In this document: positions 41,050 to 53,955 of the stretch, piece by piece | Layout: each line of letters opens with the position of its first letter | How positions within the stretch are numbered: the stretch's first letter is position 1 | Source: Spizellomyces punctatus DAOM BR117 | Taxonomy: Eukaryota | Direction: 5' to 3' (one strand) | NCBI GenBank assembly: GCA_000182565.2 | Contig: KQ257454.1 | Length of the DNA: 64,000 nt | Translations under genes and position numbers: made by a program | Notes under the pieces: model-generated | What the model saw: only the letters and a program-made list of their open reading frames with translations | Told to the model about the DNA's origin: nothing | Databases searched by the model: none

Positions 41050-43833
41050 ATTAACCTAGCTTGTTTTCCGTTATCAAGATACCCTTAGATGTGTCGAGAT
41101 GCCTGCTTCGAAGTACCTCCCTAATACGTTTAGTCGGATTCCCGGAGAGGTGCATCACAAGTCCGGCCGTACACTTGGTTCCGTTTTGTGTAGTCTCGTT
41201 TGTTATCCTGCGTGCATTCCTGCACATCGGCGCCTTCAAGAGCTCATGTAGTAGTCTTTAACGATGACACCGACAGACCGAGTCCCAAGGACGCATGTAA
41301 AGGTATCAGGCATTAAAGGGAGAGTGCTTCGATTCTTGCAATAAGAGAATCTTTACTACAAAAGCAGCATTTATACATGGCCTACAAAAGCAAGCCGATA
41401 TGCATCAAATGAAGTGCTGAGACGGCCTATCCCTACCTGGTTTTGCACACCCTTTATCCCGTTGATTGTTGCTTTGTCGCAGACGAAAGGGTGAACACCA
41501 GAGATTCTGAAGCCGTTACCACCCAAGATGTTGTTAACGGGCATTATGGTCGGTGTTCCGTGCGCGATGAAATGAGTTGCTGCCAGGGAGCGTGGTACTG
41601 TAGGCGGCAATATGGGATCGGCGCACGATTGCTTTAGTGAGAACCGTGAAGCCTTACGAACCTTCCGCCAGAATTTGCCGACTCAAAAGTCCTTTGTTTT
41701 TCCGACTCTATTGATCCTTTTCTCAGCTCCTGTGGTACGGATCCATCACTTAGAGTCGCTCTTGATTTCATGCTTGGTCCGTTCGTTCATGGGTTATCAA
41801 TTGTTCTAGGTTTTGGTGGGTGGAGCTGCACCACCTGATCGCTGATGAATGAGCCCAACGGGTCGCCAGGTGGGAGGGGCAAGAGGTGGGAAGTGAGAAG
41901 AACGCTTTGAGCATTCATCGCTTGGATAATATGTGGCAGTATGGTCTGTGTAGAGTCTTCTGCTCTGTTTGGCAGTATGTCCATTTGGATAGTTAAGGTC
42001 ATGCGCTGTAATGTATATTCCTTTACACTGAAAAAGAATGCCAGAGACTGCCCCACTGACAATATCGAGGGTTAGGAGAGCGGATGTGGACACAGTTCTT
42101 TAAGACCAGACAAAATGGCACCAAGCGGGATAGCGCTTCAGTTATGATCCATCGTCCAAATAGATAGTGCGTCAATAGTGCCAGATATTATAGACAGAAA
42201 CCTGTGACCCGCACAACTATGTAAGCACCGTAAACCTAACCCCCAGGATGGGCGATGCCCAATACCGGAAATCTTCCCAAAAATGTTTTTGAATATGACA
42301 AGCGATGATAGTTAATGATAGCTTTTCGTGCTATCTCGTGGATGGGCTTTAATTGCGATATAACTTGACCGTTACGGATGCAATATGTGAGACGACGATC
42401 GTAGTCACAGGGGGGAAAGCATGGGGCTGTCCAAGAGCATATGCGTTACGGCTGCGTTTAAGGCCGGTTCGTCATATCTGACCGTTGCTCGGAAGTGGAG
42501 GTGTAAGTTGATATAATGCTGTACTCGCTTGGACACAAATTCGCTCATCAATGCATCAAACCCGACAGTGTGCAGCCTAGTGCGGGCCAGTTGTCCAAAT
42601 TTCCCAAGTTCGAGAAAGAGGCCGCCTGTCCAATATGCCAACGTATCCAATTGTTCATCTGTAATGGTGTCGGTAACCAAATAACTACGCATTTCCGACA
42701 GCGAGACAGTGGGCAGTAAATGCCAGGCATGGAATCCCTCGGAATACATCTTGTGCCGATCGTTCGTGGCATTCGCAACAACGACAACCTTGCTACGTCT
42801 CACATTGCGGAAGGAGACTGGCACATCCCAAGGAAAACACGTTTTCCATTGATTCGGATACATGCCGTTAAATTGATCGAATATCCATAGTAAATGAATT
42901 TCGCGGGATTTACACCAGGCTTCTAAATGCCTTAAGAACTCAGCAAACACCTTAGAGGCCACAGGTGCAGCTAACATTCGTGTCCGCCAAGTGCTGTAAG
43001 ACAGATTGACATCTTGCCAGTCATTGACCAGTGCGGCGTCGATTTCGGACAGAAGAAACTCGAAGGCTTCATGTTCCCAGCATTTGGTCCATTCGTAACA
43101 ATTGTTAAGATAAATAACTCGATATGTCGGATCCGTGCGAAGAATGGACACTATGCCATAGACAAGATGGGATTTTCCAATTCCGAATGGACCAGTGATG
43201 TAGAGGCCTGACTTGCGCCATACATGGCGACCGGCTTCGTCATATATGCCGTCGTTTGACCCACGCAACGTTATTCCAGAGACCTGCACTGACTCTCCAG
43301 GCTCCCCTATTTCCTCCAGCACAGAACGTAATCCACAAGTGAAAATTCGTCAAGCGGTTCCTCCATCTCGCTAACAGCCTCACTTAGGGTTAATGCCCCC
43401 AACTGGATTGGCAGGGCATCATAATCAACCACGCGTTGAGTATCGTTTTTTTGCGGATAAGAAGCAAACTCAGTAACACGCGTGTGCAAATCTTTCAACG
43501 CTTGACGAACAAGGTAACGAACAAAGTGACCGCCTTGTATACGCTCGAATCCATTGGATAGACGGTTGGAACATATCATTGGCAACCTAACATACGTGCC
43601 GGGCTCAATGTGGAGAAGGTCCAAGCGGGCTATATATCTAATTGCACTTTGTAAAGATTCCCGTTGCTGCTCGTTCTCACTAAACTGAACTGTAGACATG
43701 ATAGCAGAGAAGGTGGAAAAGGTGCAAGAAGTTCCTTTGCTGTTTTGACCTGTGTTTTAACAGCGTCAAAAAATGGCAAATCGCTGGCCGATCTGTCCCA
43801 TGTGGCGCAGGGATTAAGGGCTGCTTTTAGCAT
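41050..43833 (-). pseudogene. Decayed Crinkler (CRN)-type P-loop NTPase effector gene
   Basis: Overlapping ORFs in changing frames (43833-43630, 43699-43307, 43322-42405); Walker A GPFGIGKS + RVIYLNNC + Walker B LWIFDQFN; stops and frameshifts downstream; 3' limit uncertain. Confidence 0.6.
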
Positions 43834-43945
43834 GAAGCTACCAACGTCCGTAGAGTTGCATTCCTATTTTTAACTCGTTTGGTGATTACTTTAGGCTCTA
43901 CTCCCAAAGAAGAGAATTAACCTGCAATGTCGTAACTGAGACTGT

Positions 43946-43958
43946 GGGGGGGGGGGGG
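43946..43958 (+). repeat. G13 homopolymer just upstream of the CRN-like pseudogene
   Basis: Read directly; followed by AAGGGG. Confidence 0.9.
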
Positions 43959-44676
43959 AAGGGGAAAAGAGGACATGACTGCTGAAGATTATTTACAAAA
44001 CCTCCATTGACAGGGCAATCAGTGGCATAGTTTATTCTTTGGAAGTGGGAGAGGTTGAGCTTGTCGTTTGCTCTCAGCATGTATATATTACCAATCAGCA
44101 AGAGGGCAAAGCCAAATAATTGCATGACGGCGGAGCGAGAGCGGCGATGCCAGCCATATAGCGTCCCTTGCATGTAAAGAAGAGGAAGTCGCGGTCGCTC
44201 CCGTAGCATGTTACTCGTGCGAGAATGACACCACACAGCTGCAATGCAACAACCTCTGCACGCAGTCAACATATTTATACGCTAAGAAAATCAGCGATGG
44301 ATTGGCAGAAGCTCTGTCAAGGAGACATGGTCCTTCAGGTGCATGATGTGGGACCTTTCGGGATAATGACACCACCTGAAAGTTTCCAACACACCCTCCA
44401 GACCTCCCTTCATGAATGATACCAAGTCGATCCCGTCGCGATGGTCAGTAGAATTGTGCTTGGTAGAGGCATCAAATGGCATATCTCAATTCATTCTAGT
44501 TGACAGCGATTTGTAAGCTAACCCTCCGATTGGGAGACAAACTTTTAACCTTAAATTTGCTGGTTAATGCGGTTCGCTCCATTCTAATCTGAATCAAGCC
44601 GCATGTCAATCACGTGATGGTAGCTTCAGCTTCAATCAACCACTTCCATGTAGGATTTGAGATCGTTCCATTCGGC

Positions 44677-46606
44677 ATGCTTCGCCGACGAATCCTCCCA
44701 CTGGCCGTGTTCCTAGCTCGGCGGACGCACACCAAACCTCGAGCGGGCGCTCCTACTCCTGAGGAATACAAGCAGTATAGACTTGACTCACTGCAGCAGC
44801 TCAATGTATCTCCATATCCTCGCTTTCGAGTCTCTCCTTCTCTCTTGTCTTGTGGTGAATTCAACGCCAAATTCCACGAGCAGTTTGAAAAAGGAGAATG
44901 GAAGCGAGAAGAACATTATGTCCTAACTGGAAGAGTCACCTCACGGCGCGATGCTTCTCGGAAACTCGTTTTTCTCGACATTCAACGTGGATCGGACCGC
45001 ACGCAAATAATTGTGAAAAAGAACGAGTACGAGAGTGAGGATGGCTACAAGAGCATCGTTGCAAGTGTCAGAGAAGGTGATATTGTAGGTATGTGCTTTT
45101 GTGATTATTGCACTGTAACTATCGTCTCGGATATTGACATGAACATGCAGAGGCCGCTGGATATCCGGGCAGATCTCCAGCCGGCGAACTGTCTCTCGTC
45201 GCTCGATCGCTGACACTCCTTGCACCCTGTTTGCATCGAATACCTAAAGGACAAGGCCTATTGGATCCTGTGAGAATCTATGAAGAACCCTTGTGGGTTT
45301 ATTTCTGCAATGTCTTCATTTGACCTTGTCTGACAGAATTGGATGGTTAGGAAACACGGTTTCGAGCCCGGTACCTGGACCTGATTGCCAACAATGAGAC
45401 GATTCACATTTTTAGGAAGCGAGCTGAGGTGTGAATTGTCCTTCATTCTTATCGTCCGTGTCCGAGAGACTCAGGATCCAAATGTAGGCCGTACAATACA
45501 TTCGCAACTATCTTGTTTCCAGAGGTTTTCTGGAAGTGGAGACCCCAATATTAGGCGCTCAAGCTGGAGGTGCCAACGCAAGGCCTTTTAAAACTACGAG
45601 CAATGCTCTAGGCTTGGACATGTTCTTGCGGGTTGCTCCAGAGCTGTACCTGAAGGTTATTATCGTGGTTTGTTAATATCTGCCGCACGCCCTTGGCTGA
45701 TACTTGCTGGTTCTGTACTTAGCAACTGGTAATTGGCGGAATTGACAAAGTCTTTGAAATGGGGAAGCAGTTTCGAAACGAAGGCATCGATACGACCCAC
45801 AACCCTGAGTTTACAACCTGCGAATTTTACCAAGCGTATACAGATCTGGAGAGCGTTATGGATATGACGGAGGATCTTTTGCGAGGTTTGTGCTATCGGC
45901 GATGCAGGATGCAGTTGCATGGTATCTCATGCGTTCAATTTCATCAGGACTCGTGTTTACACTGCAAGGGACGTATCAAATACCATATACTGTACATGGT
46001 CCTAATGGTGAAATGCAAACGATTGAAATTGATTTCGAAAAGCCTTTTAAGCGTGTGGACGTGCTGGAAGCACTCGAACGGTCGTTTGGCAAAGTCCCCG
46101 ACCTAGAGGATCCCGCATCCACTGCCGCTCTGTTAACTATCTGCAAAACCCACAATATCCGCGTATCACAGCCGCATACCGTCGCCCGCATCCTCGACAA
46201 AATGATCTCTACGTCAATTGAACCCAACTGCACACAACCCACATTTCTCCTCAACCACCCCGTCGCTCTCTCTCCCTTAGCCAAGCGCTCCTCACCAACG
46301 AGTCCCACCACCTCCCGCTTCGAGTTATTTATCGCTTCGAAGGAATTAGTGAACGCCTACGAGGAATTGAACGAACCATCGGAACAACGTCAAAGATTTA
46401 TGGAGCAAGCTCGGGATCGGGAGGTGGGGGATTTAGAAGCTCAGGTGGCCGATGAAGGATTTTGCGAAGCACTTGAATATGGATTGCCTCCCACGACTGG
46501 ATGGGGTTTGGGCGTCGATCGGCTTTGCATGCTTTTGGTGGGCGTGAGACGGATTAGGGAGGTGATTGCGTTTCCAATTTTGGGCCATGGTGAAAAAAAT
46601 GCATAA
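44677..46606 (+). CDS. MSK1: Lysyl-tRNA synthetase, class II, likely mitochondrial
   Basis: Arg-rich presequence, OB fold, [65 protein letters not shown]. Confidence 0.93.
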
Positions 46607-46671
46607 GCTCCATATATAACATCATCTAGTTGAGGCTATTTATAAGAGATACAAGGGAAGCACAGTGTTGA

Positions 46672-47595
46672 TCATCCTTTCAAAACCCTGTCCAACTTTT
46701 TCGATACTCCTTTTAGTCTCCCTTGGACTCTGTTTACACTCTCGTCAACCTCCTCCAGCAATCCATTTTGCAAATCTAGCTCTTGACCGATTGCAAGCCC
46801 AATTTGCTGCTGTCGCTTGATGATATCCGACAAGGAGCCCAGCGTTTCGTCTTGCTGTTGCATGATGAGGCGTTGGTTTTCGAGGAGACTCGGCGGGGAT
46901 GCGTTTGTGTTGCCAAACTTCCGGGTTGAGGAGGACGGTTTCGCAGGGGCGGGGAGGAGTGTAGCCCGCTCTAAAACCCGGTCGTCACTTCGTTGCTGCC
47001 CATTACACATCTTTTCCAATGCTTCCCGTTCTCTCTTTAGCCCATCTACCATATCCTCCCTTCGTACTCTTTCACCCCCTGTCACCCCTCGAACTTGTTC
47101 CAACGCTTTTATCCTCGCTCCCAAATTCGTCATTGACCGTTTGGCATTCAAGGCGTGCCCAGGAGCTTTATCCCTAACCTCCATTCTCAGACTTTGCAAT
47201 TCATCTTTGACAAATCTATATTCTTCCATCCAGCTCTCGGCATCGGGTTCCGTGCGCGCCGCAGGGACCGAGAGAAAAGCTTTCCATGCATCTGTTTGCC
47301 GCCATTTCGGGTCTTCAGCGTACAGGATTCCTTTCAGGTAGGACTCAAGTCCTATCCGCCTCGATTCAATTTTGGAAGCGTCGGAGAGGGAGAAGAAGGT
47401 TTTGGGCGGAAGAGGGGTTGGTGGGGTCCCCAATGCGAGTAGAGTGGCATGCAGGGCGGTGAAGTCCGAGTAGCGGTGCGAGACTCTCCATGAGCGGACT
47501 GGGCCGCGCAAGTGAATTTCGTACAGGGTGTATGGCGGCGTACTGGGGGACTGGACGGTGGCCGGGATGGAGATGGAGGTGATTGGTTCTGGCAT
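46672..47595 (-). CDS. VAM7: PX + Qc-SNARE vacuolar protein, intronless
   Basis: PX domain (HRYSDFTALH, LPPK, RRIGLESYL) and a SNARE coil QQQDETL..I..ELDLQNGLLEEVD; no transmembrane segment. Confidence 0.9.
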   Translation of the reverse strand: MPEPITSISIPATVQSPSTPPYTLYEIHLRGPVRSWRVSHRYSDFTALHATLLALGTPPTPLPPKTFFSLSDASKIESRRIGLESYLKGILYAEDPKWRQTDAWKAFLSVPAARTEPDAESWMEEYRFVKDELQSLRMEVRDKAPGHALNAKRSMTNLGARIKALEQVRGVTGGERVRREDMVDGLKREREALEKMCNGQQRSDDRVLERATLLPAPAKPSSSTRKFGNTNASPPSLLENQRLIMQQQDETLGSLSDIIKRQQQIGLAIGQELDLQNGLLEEVDESVNRVQGRLKGVSKKLDRVLKG

Positions 47596-47848
47596 CTTGT
47601 CTGCAGCTGGAGGAGCAAACGATGGCCAACAGTGGTGTAAGCAGTTCCTGGTGCCCGAGTCACGTGTGTAAACAAACCCTTGGATTCAGCTTTGGGCTTT
47701 TTATCAGGATATTCATCTTTTAAAATACGTACAAATAACCACACGCCGGAAGGAAATGCTACGACTTCAACCTACACTAGCCCTCTTTGTACTCTCCTTC
47801 CTACTGCTAGCAACGAAATCCAAATGTCATCATTCGTCAGGCGTAAAG

Positions 47849-48711
47849 CTAGTACCTTCTCTTCACCGGACTCCTACTCCGACTATCTCTCCGGAAACTC
47901 CCACGTCTACGATCATCATACCTATCATACCCTCTCCGATCATCATATCTCCTCCTGTCACCATACCTATCAACCCCTCTTCGTCCCCTACTCCAACTCC
48001 TGCTTCGACTCCTCCCATACCTCGCCTTCCTCTCAGGCCTGGGGTCCGCGTACACAACGCGCACTTCATTGCCGTCAATCCAGCCACCATTCATGGCCAA
48101 AAGAGCTTGCTCGGCGTCTTGGCGGGTGGCGAACTCAATATATGCGGTACCACGGTTACAGGGCCTTCCATCGATAGTCTGGCGTCTGGCCTCGTGGGGG
48201 ACGAGGATGTCAATGGTCTTACCAAAATGGGAGAATATTTCCTTTAGGTGATCCTGGGTTGTGTTTTGGCTTAGATTCGTCACCTGGACTCTGGGACGTT
48301 TCAAAGACAGTCAGCGCTTATACTTACGAGCAGATGCTCGAGATCTTACCTCTTGTTGTTAGGATCAGCCGCAGACCTCACTTTAACATCCGATCCTCGT
48401 CTACGATCTTCCCTTCTCCTTGGACTTCTGCTCCTGGAGTAAGACCGCGACCTGGAGGTCGACCGCGAAGTGGACCTTGATCTAGACGACGAAGACCGAC
48501 TATAAGATGATAAGGAACCGGAGCGAGACCGCGAAGATCCGGTAGAAGAGCGGGACCGAGAAGAACGGGAGGATCGAGAGGATCGTGAACGGGAGCGGGA
48601 AGGGCTGCGAGAGCGAGAGCGGGAACGTGGGGATTCGGCCATTGCACGTTGGATTGATTGCACAAGTCGCTCGTCGTCCTTTGCCATAAAATGGACCCCT
48701 GTTGTTGCCAT
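47849..48711 (-). CDS. RNPS1: RNPS1/SR45-like RRM + Ser/Arg-rich splicing factor, 2 exons (start may be 48642)
   Basis: S/RS-rich N-terminus, RRM VTNLSQNTTQDHLKEIFSHFG..RGTAYIEF..MNGGWIDG, RS/RD tail. Confidence 0.85.
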
Positions 48712-48804
48712 GGCAGCATATCTGACTCAGCGAGCGGAACTGGACGACAAGTTGCAACTTTGCTTCGAAACGTCATCGCATCCGTCCATCTCGCTTCACG
48801 GGAA

Positions 48805-49965
48805 ATGCCATCTCCACAACCATACACGCTCCCCGCCGACTTTGCATCGTCTCCAAAGTCGTCACCAGCAGATTTGACACCACAGGTTTCGAGATCCGTG
48901 CACCTCACACCAGCCAAGACTCTCTTCGTTGCACTTCGAACTGCGGATCCGATCTTGCAGTATCTCATTTTTGCAAAAGGTGTGATGGGGATGGGTTTTA
49001 GAATTTGGAAGGGGATCTGATTTATCTGGTTTTAGGATGGGGAAACGCACTGTTTAGGGTATTGGGCCTGACCGCCGCGACGCCCGTGATTGGGATACTG
49101 TCACCCAGACAGAAGCTTTTGGTTGGATTCGCAGCCGTCGGGGCTGTTCGGCAGGTTTGTTCAGTCTTGGAAACGGCCGACTTAACCATATCCTCAACGA
49201 TCCTCTGATTGATCGACCATATAGATATATTGGTGCCTCCATATAAGCGAAAATGGTGAGAGGGCGCTTATTCTATTTCTGTCGGCATTTTATGCAATTC
49301 TGACCTTAAAGATAGCCTTGACACCCGCTGAATCGCTCCATGTCTCCCTGTTCAACCTCCTAACCGATACGCTCAATACGCTCGTCTCCCTCTCCGTCCC
49401 CGCCTGGCACCTTACACTTCGCCAATACACCGGTACCCTCCTGTTTTGCATTGGATCAGTTGTGGAGACTCTTTCGGAGTTGCAGAGGAAGTGGTTCAAG
49501 GAACGGAAGGAAAACAAAAATAAGGTCGTTACGGAGGGGTTGTGGAAAGGAGCAAGGCACATTAATTATGGGGTGCGTTGCTGGTTTCAACGACGTCCGC
49601 GCATGAGTGCGATCATATTGATATTTGTTGGTGCAGGGATATGTTCTATGGCGAGGTGGATATGCATTATCTACTGGTAACCTCTACGCTCTATGGAATC
49701 CTATCATGCATATCTGGGACTTTACAGCAAGGGGTAAGCTGTATACGACGGCTGTCTTCCTCCTCCCGAACTTCGCGCTTAATCCTGGATACTTTTATAG
49801 GTATACCGGTTCTGGATCATTACATGAGCCACAAGTACAAGGAGCAGGTGCTTGCGTCATTAAGTACTTGGTGATACGTGACTGATTGCTGATAGCTGTC
49901 TTGTTTTACAGTGGGGAGAGTACAAGCGGCAAACTCCCTACAAGTTATTTCCGTATATCTGGTGA
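48805..49965 (+). CDS. DUF1295 / steroid 5-alpha-reductase-like membrane protein, multi-exon
   Basis: ETLSELQRKWFK..NKNKVVTEGLWKGARHINYGGY, IPVLDHYMSHKY, YKLFPYIW*. Confidence 0.85.
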
Positions 49966-50085
49966 AATGCTCGATGATGCCCCTCCCGTATCACAAATTA
50001 CGGACCGTAGATGGAGAATGCACAAAGGAATCTCATTCGCTGCAATACGTCCTGTTTATACAATTGGTCGATGCAATTACAATGG

Positions 50086-51915
50086 CTACTCCAAGAACGG
50101 TGTATAGAAAGGGGCAATGAAAGATTTCCCCCTTCCGTTCACTTCTGCCTCCACCCGCTCCAGGTTTTGCATGTCCACCGTCGTCTCCTTGTGCCCCAAC
50201 TCCCTCTTGGCCAAAAGTTTCTTGACAACTGTTCTGACCCACGCATCTCCCGTCCATCCCTCCTTCTTCATCCTATTCCACAGCTCTAAGGCCCGGTTAG
50301 GCATACAATCCGCGAACCGCGTGATAAGCATTCCGCACATTTCTTCATCCAATTTGACACCCATTTGGTCCATTCTCCAGACGTGCCGGAGGGCATGAGC
50401 GTTCTTTCCACAGCGGATGTAGGACAGCAATACGAAACGATGCAGAGACGGATCTTTCGGATCTGGGACCATGGTGCGATCTTGTAGAAGGATGTCTAGG
50501 AGACTGTGCGCAGTGGTGACACGATGGGTCCGAACGTTAAGGTAAAAAAAGGACAAAAGGATGCGTTTATCAGGCTTGACGCCAGAGCCTTGCATGAGCC
50601 GCAGAATCCTTTCTGCTCCCTCTAAGTAGTTATGCTTTGCAAATACTTGGATCGTGGCTGCAAAGAGACCAGAATCGCAGTCTTGCTTCAGGGCGGCCCC
50701 GAGGATCCGGGTCGCTAGGGTCAATGTACTGAGCTTGCGAATGTTGTGCTTGTAATTTCTGCCTTTTTTGTCAACATCTACACAACGTCGTAGTGATAGG
50801 CCATGCAACATGCTGCAGTATATGGCGCGGTTGGGAATAATGCCTTCGCGAATCATGCGCGCAAAGTTCCTGTATGCCGAGTTGACGTCGCGGAGCTCCA
50901 CATAAGAGTCAATGATATGCCGGTAGGTATGGATGGTGTGTCGGCACCGGGAGAGGAGATTTCTTGTGACCCATTTAACAGCGAAAGGGTGCCGTGTCTT
51001 TGTATAGTGCTTCAGCAATGAGAGGTAGAAGCCAGCATCCGAAAATGGAACTGTGTCGCCATTTTCCATTGACCCTCTTCCAGCAGCCAGCTGAGACATC
51101 CGCTGAATCTCCCATAACATGTAAGGGACGTCGTCCAGTTTTCCCCAACGATCATAAGCTTTCAGTACAATAGTCCAGTGTTTCAAGGATGGTTTGATTC
51201 GGCAGAACCCCATGTCTGCGATTATGGTATAAAGGCGGTCCAGGCAGGTTTGGCGGGATGTCACTGCTAATACAGTGTAATTCAAAATGACGGTAAAAAG
51301 TTGGCTGGGGCAATGAGTGAGAAGGGTCGGATCGTGCGCAAGACAGCTGTACAGCATCCATGGATCCTCGTGTTTAGTGACTTCTCCTGGGTGATGCATG
51401 GGAAAAGTAGAATCAGGAAAAGTTACTTGTTCTTGTTTCCGCTGTTGTGCTCGCTCCCTGAGCAGTACGTCGGTGTGGTACTCAATCGAAGCGAATAACT
51501 CCACACTCTGCGCGGTAGCCGTTTCTCCTAGATTCTGTTCAACAGCAGGCCCGTAAAATCTTCCAAAAATCCATGGCCCCAACGCTGTCATATTAACTTC
51601 AGCTTCCGCAACAGCCGAAGTGTACTGATTGTATGGGGTTATAACCAATTCTTGTCGTGGGCTCTGGTGTTTTACAAGGCGACGACAGCTGGATTGGGTC
51701 CACGGTTGTTGGCGGACAGAGGCGTGCGAACTGGTGACGAAGGGCCGGTGTCCCCTGGGGCGGAGTTTGGACGCTATACATACGGTTGATGCTATCGGCG
51801 ATGAACGGGGGGGCATAGAGCGTTGGATCGCTGCAAATGCAAACTGACTGGGGTTTAGAACGCTTGTTGACATGGCAACACCCTCTGGGCTTCGCTGGTT
51901 TTCCCCCGTCGTCAT
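50086..51915 (-). CDS. Pentatricopeptide-repeat (PPR) protein, likely mitochondrial, intronless
   Basis: PPR-like repeats: TYRHIIDSYV..AYRNFARMIREGIIPNRAIYCSML, AERILRLMQGSGVKPD, ALELWNRMKKEG. Confidence 0.85.
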   Translation of the reverse strand: MTTGENQRSPEGVAMSTSVLNPSQFAFAAIQRSMPPRSSPIASTVCIASKLRPRGHRPFVTSSHASVRQQPWTQSSCRRLVKHQSPRQELVITPYNQYTSAVAEAEVNMTALGPWIFGRFYGPAVEQNLGETATAQSVELFASIEYHTDVLLRERAQQRKQEQVTFPDSTFPMHHPGEVTKHEDPWMLYSCLAHDPTLLTHCPSQLFTVILNYTVLAVTSRQTCLDRLYTIIADMGFCRIKPSLKHWTIVLKAYDRWGKLDDVPYMLWEIQRMSQLAAGRGSMENGDTVPFSDAGFYLSLLKHYTKTRHPFAVKWVTRNLLSRCRHTIHTYRHIIDSYVELRDVNSAYRNFARMIREGIIPNRAIYCSMLHGLSLRRCVDVDKKGRNYKHNIRKLSTLTLATRILGAALKQDCDSGLFAATIQVFAKHNYLEGAERILRLMQGSGVKPDKRILLSFFYLNVRTHRVTTAHSLLDILLQDRTMVPDPKDPSLHRFVLLSYIRCGKNAHALRHVWRMDQMGVKLDEEMCGMLITRFADCMPNRALELWNRMKKEGWTGDAWVRTVVKKLLAKRELGHKETTVDMQNLERVEAEVNGRGKSFIAPFYTPFLE

Positions 51916-51967
51916 TTATTATCTACAGGTCGACCTCCATAACTAAAAACAGACCGCCGCAAGCACC

Positions 51968-53688
51968 ATGCCCAGACCGATTCCTCCCAAACCATCAGTG
52001 ACCGTTCCGCCGTTCAATGATATCACTCGACACAACTTGTCAACCTTACAGCTTGCCATTCGCCATATTCTCGACCGTGCTCACCATATTGCGTTGGATA
52101 CGGAGTTCACAGGACTGGGGAATAACAGGAAGACAAAGGATTCGTATGTGTTTTCGGCGATCTCCTTGCTGCACTGAAGTTCATTCTCACGATCGTCATA
52201 TCTTGTTTCGGTGTTGTGAGCAGAAATATTGAACTGCGCTACAGAGCCCTTGCAGACGTTGCACGCACACATGCCATTGTGTCCTTTGGCATCTCTGTCT
52301 TCGAGGCAAAACCCTCGGCGAATTCCGCTGGCACCAAAGAGCATGGATACATCGTCCATAACTTCAATTTCCTCATGCTTCGATCAACCGAGTTTACCGT
52401 CAACTCTGAGAGTATGACCTTCTTGGTGGACAATGGTTTTGACTTTAACAGATTGTACAGAGATGGTATTTTCTATAAGCCGGGTGGGGATGAGGTGAGA
52501 CGATGGGACATATATCACGCAATGATCATATTTCTCTGATCATGGACTGCAGGCCGTAGATGTACCTCCCGAAGACACAAACCAGATCATGCGTTCGATT
52601 TTCGCCCATATCCTGTCGTTGAAGGTTCCTATAGTTGTTCACAACGGACTTCTGGACCTGCTGTTCATCTACTACTCGTTTCACGCCGATCTTCCCAATG
52701 AGCTGGGGACATTCGTTGCCGACATGTTGGAAATGTTTCCGGCGGGCATATATGATACAAAATATGTGGCAGACTATGTGACGCGGGAGAAGGCGAGTTT
52801 TCTGGCATACCTGTTTCGAAAGTAGTAAGTTATCATTGCATACTCATATCGTGATGCAAGAGCTGGTCGTAACTATTTCGTGGATCCCTAGCGAGCGAGT
52901 ACAACTTGCCCGCAGCATATCCAAGGAAACAGACTTCATTACATGCGAGATCAAGGACCGTATGCCTACCATCACACGGAAGTGGACCCCACCCCCTGCA
53001 CCCACAAAGGGAAAAAGGGCGTTTCCGGACACTGGAAAACCTTTCTGCGAACAATATGCTGTATGTTTCAGTTGCGTCTCTGGTAATTAAGACGGCACAT
53101 CTGACGTGTTGAATATAGGCTCATGGGATCTGCAACAGTGGGCGATATTGCACAAAGTCCCATGATCTGGATATCATTCTAGATGACGAGCTGGGAGCGC
53201 CCTCCGACGGAAATTCCTCAAAGCGACGGCGAAAGAGGCAAAAAAAGGATGACGGCCCGGAATTGTCTGAAGCTGATAATCTGGGCAAGGTCGAGGATGG
53301 GGTTGATGATGAGGCTGTGGCTAAAGGGAACGTGGATGGATTGAACTTAGAGAACAGTTCTGTGGAAGGTCCCGTATCAAACCCAGCGATATCCACATTA
53401 CAGACGCCCATGCCAACCGAGCTGCATCCGCCACCCCCTTCAGACGGAACACTATTTGAGAAGTACCATTCGGCTTGCTTTGACGCGTACATGACCGGCT
53501 TCATTTTCGCACACCAATTATTGGAGCATGGCGGAGGGGAGCAAGGGACCGCCGAGTTGCGAAATAAGATTTATCTGATGAGCAAGTCTATGCCTTTGTT
53601 GATACAAAAGAGCAAATTTTCAAAGACGAGTGAGGGACATCGAGCTAAAATGAAGAAACTCGCAAAGGCGCACGCGAATGGGGGGTAG
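51968..53688 (+). CDS. TOE1: TOE1-like CAF1-family 3' exonuclease/deadenylase with a C3H finger
   Basis: ALDTEFTG, FLVDNGFDFN, VVHNGLLDL, IYDTKYVADY..ASFLAYLF, CEQYAAHGIC..C..H, KRRRKRQKK, HSACFDAYMTG. Confidence 0.9.
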
Positions 53689-53955
53689 GTATAAGATCTG
53701 AGGCCGGAGTTTTGTAAATAGATGTATATTGCATTAGAATACCCATGATTTGATTACGGAAAAGCTCCGCGAATCGATAGTTCCCATGTTTATGAGGAAT
53801 CCATATTTTCATGTTGGTTTGTATAGATCGCGTATCAGGTGATTGTGAGGAGAATCACCAGAAAACGCCTGAAAGCCATGGACGCAGCAACATTGAATAT
53901 GCGCTCATAGTCGTTGGTTGTGCATGCGCACTTATCTGCAGTGGGACTCGTCCTA

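Noticed and set aside
46817-48968. Several 120-196 aa ORFs opposite or overlapping VAM7, RNPS1 and DUF1295
   Set aside because: Shadow frames of identified genes, with no recognisable motifs
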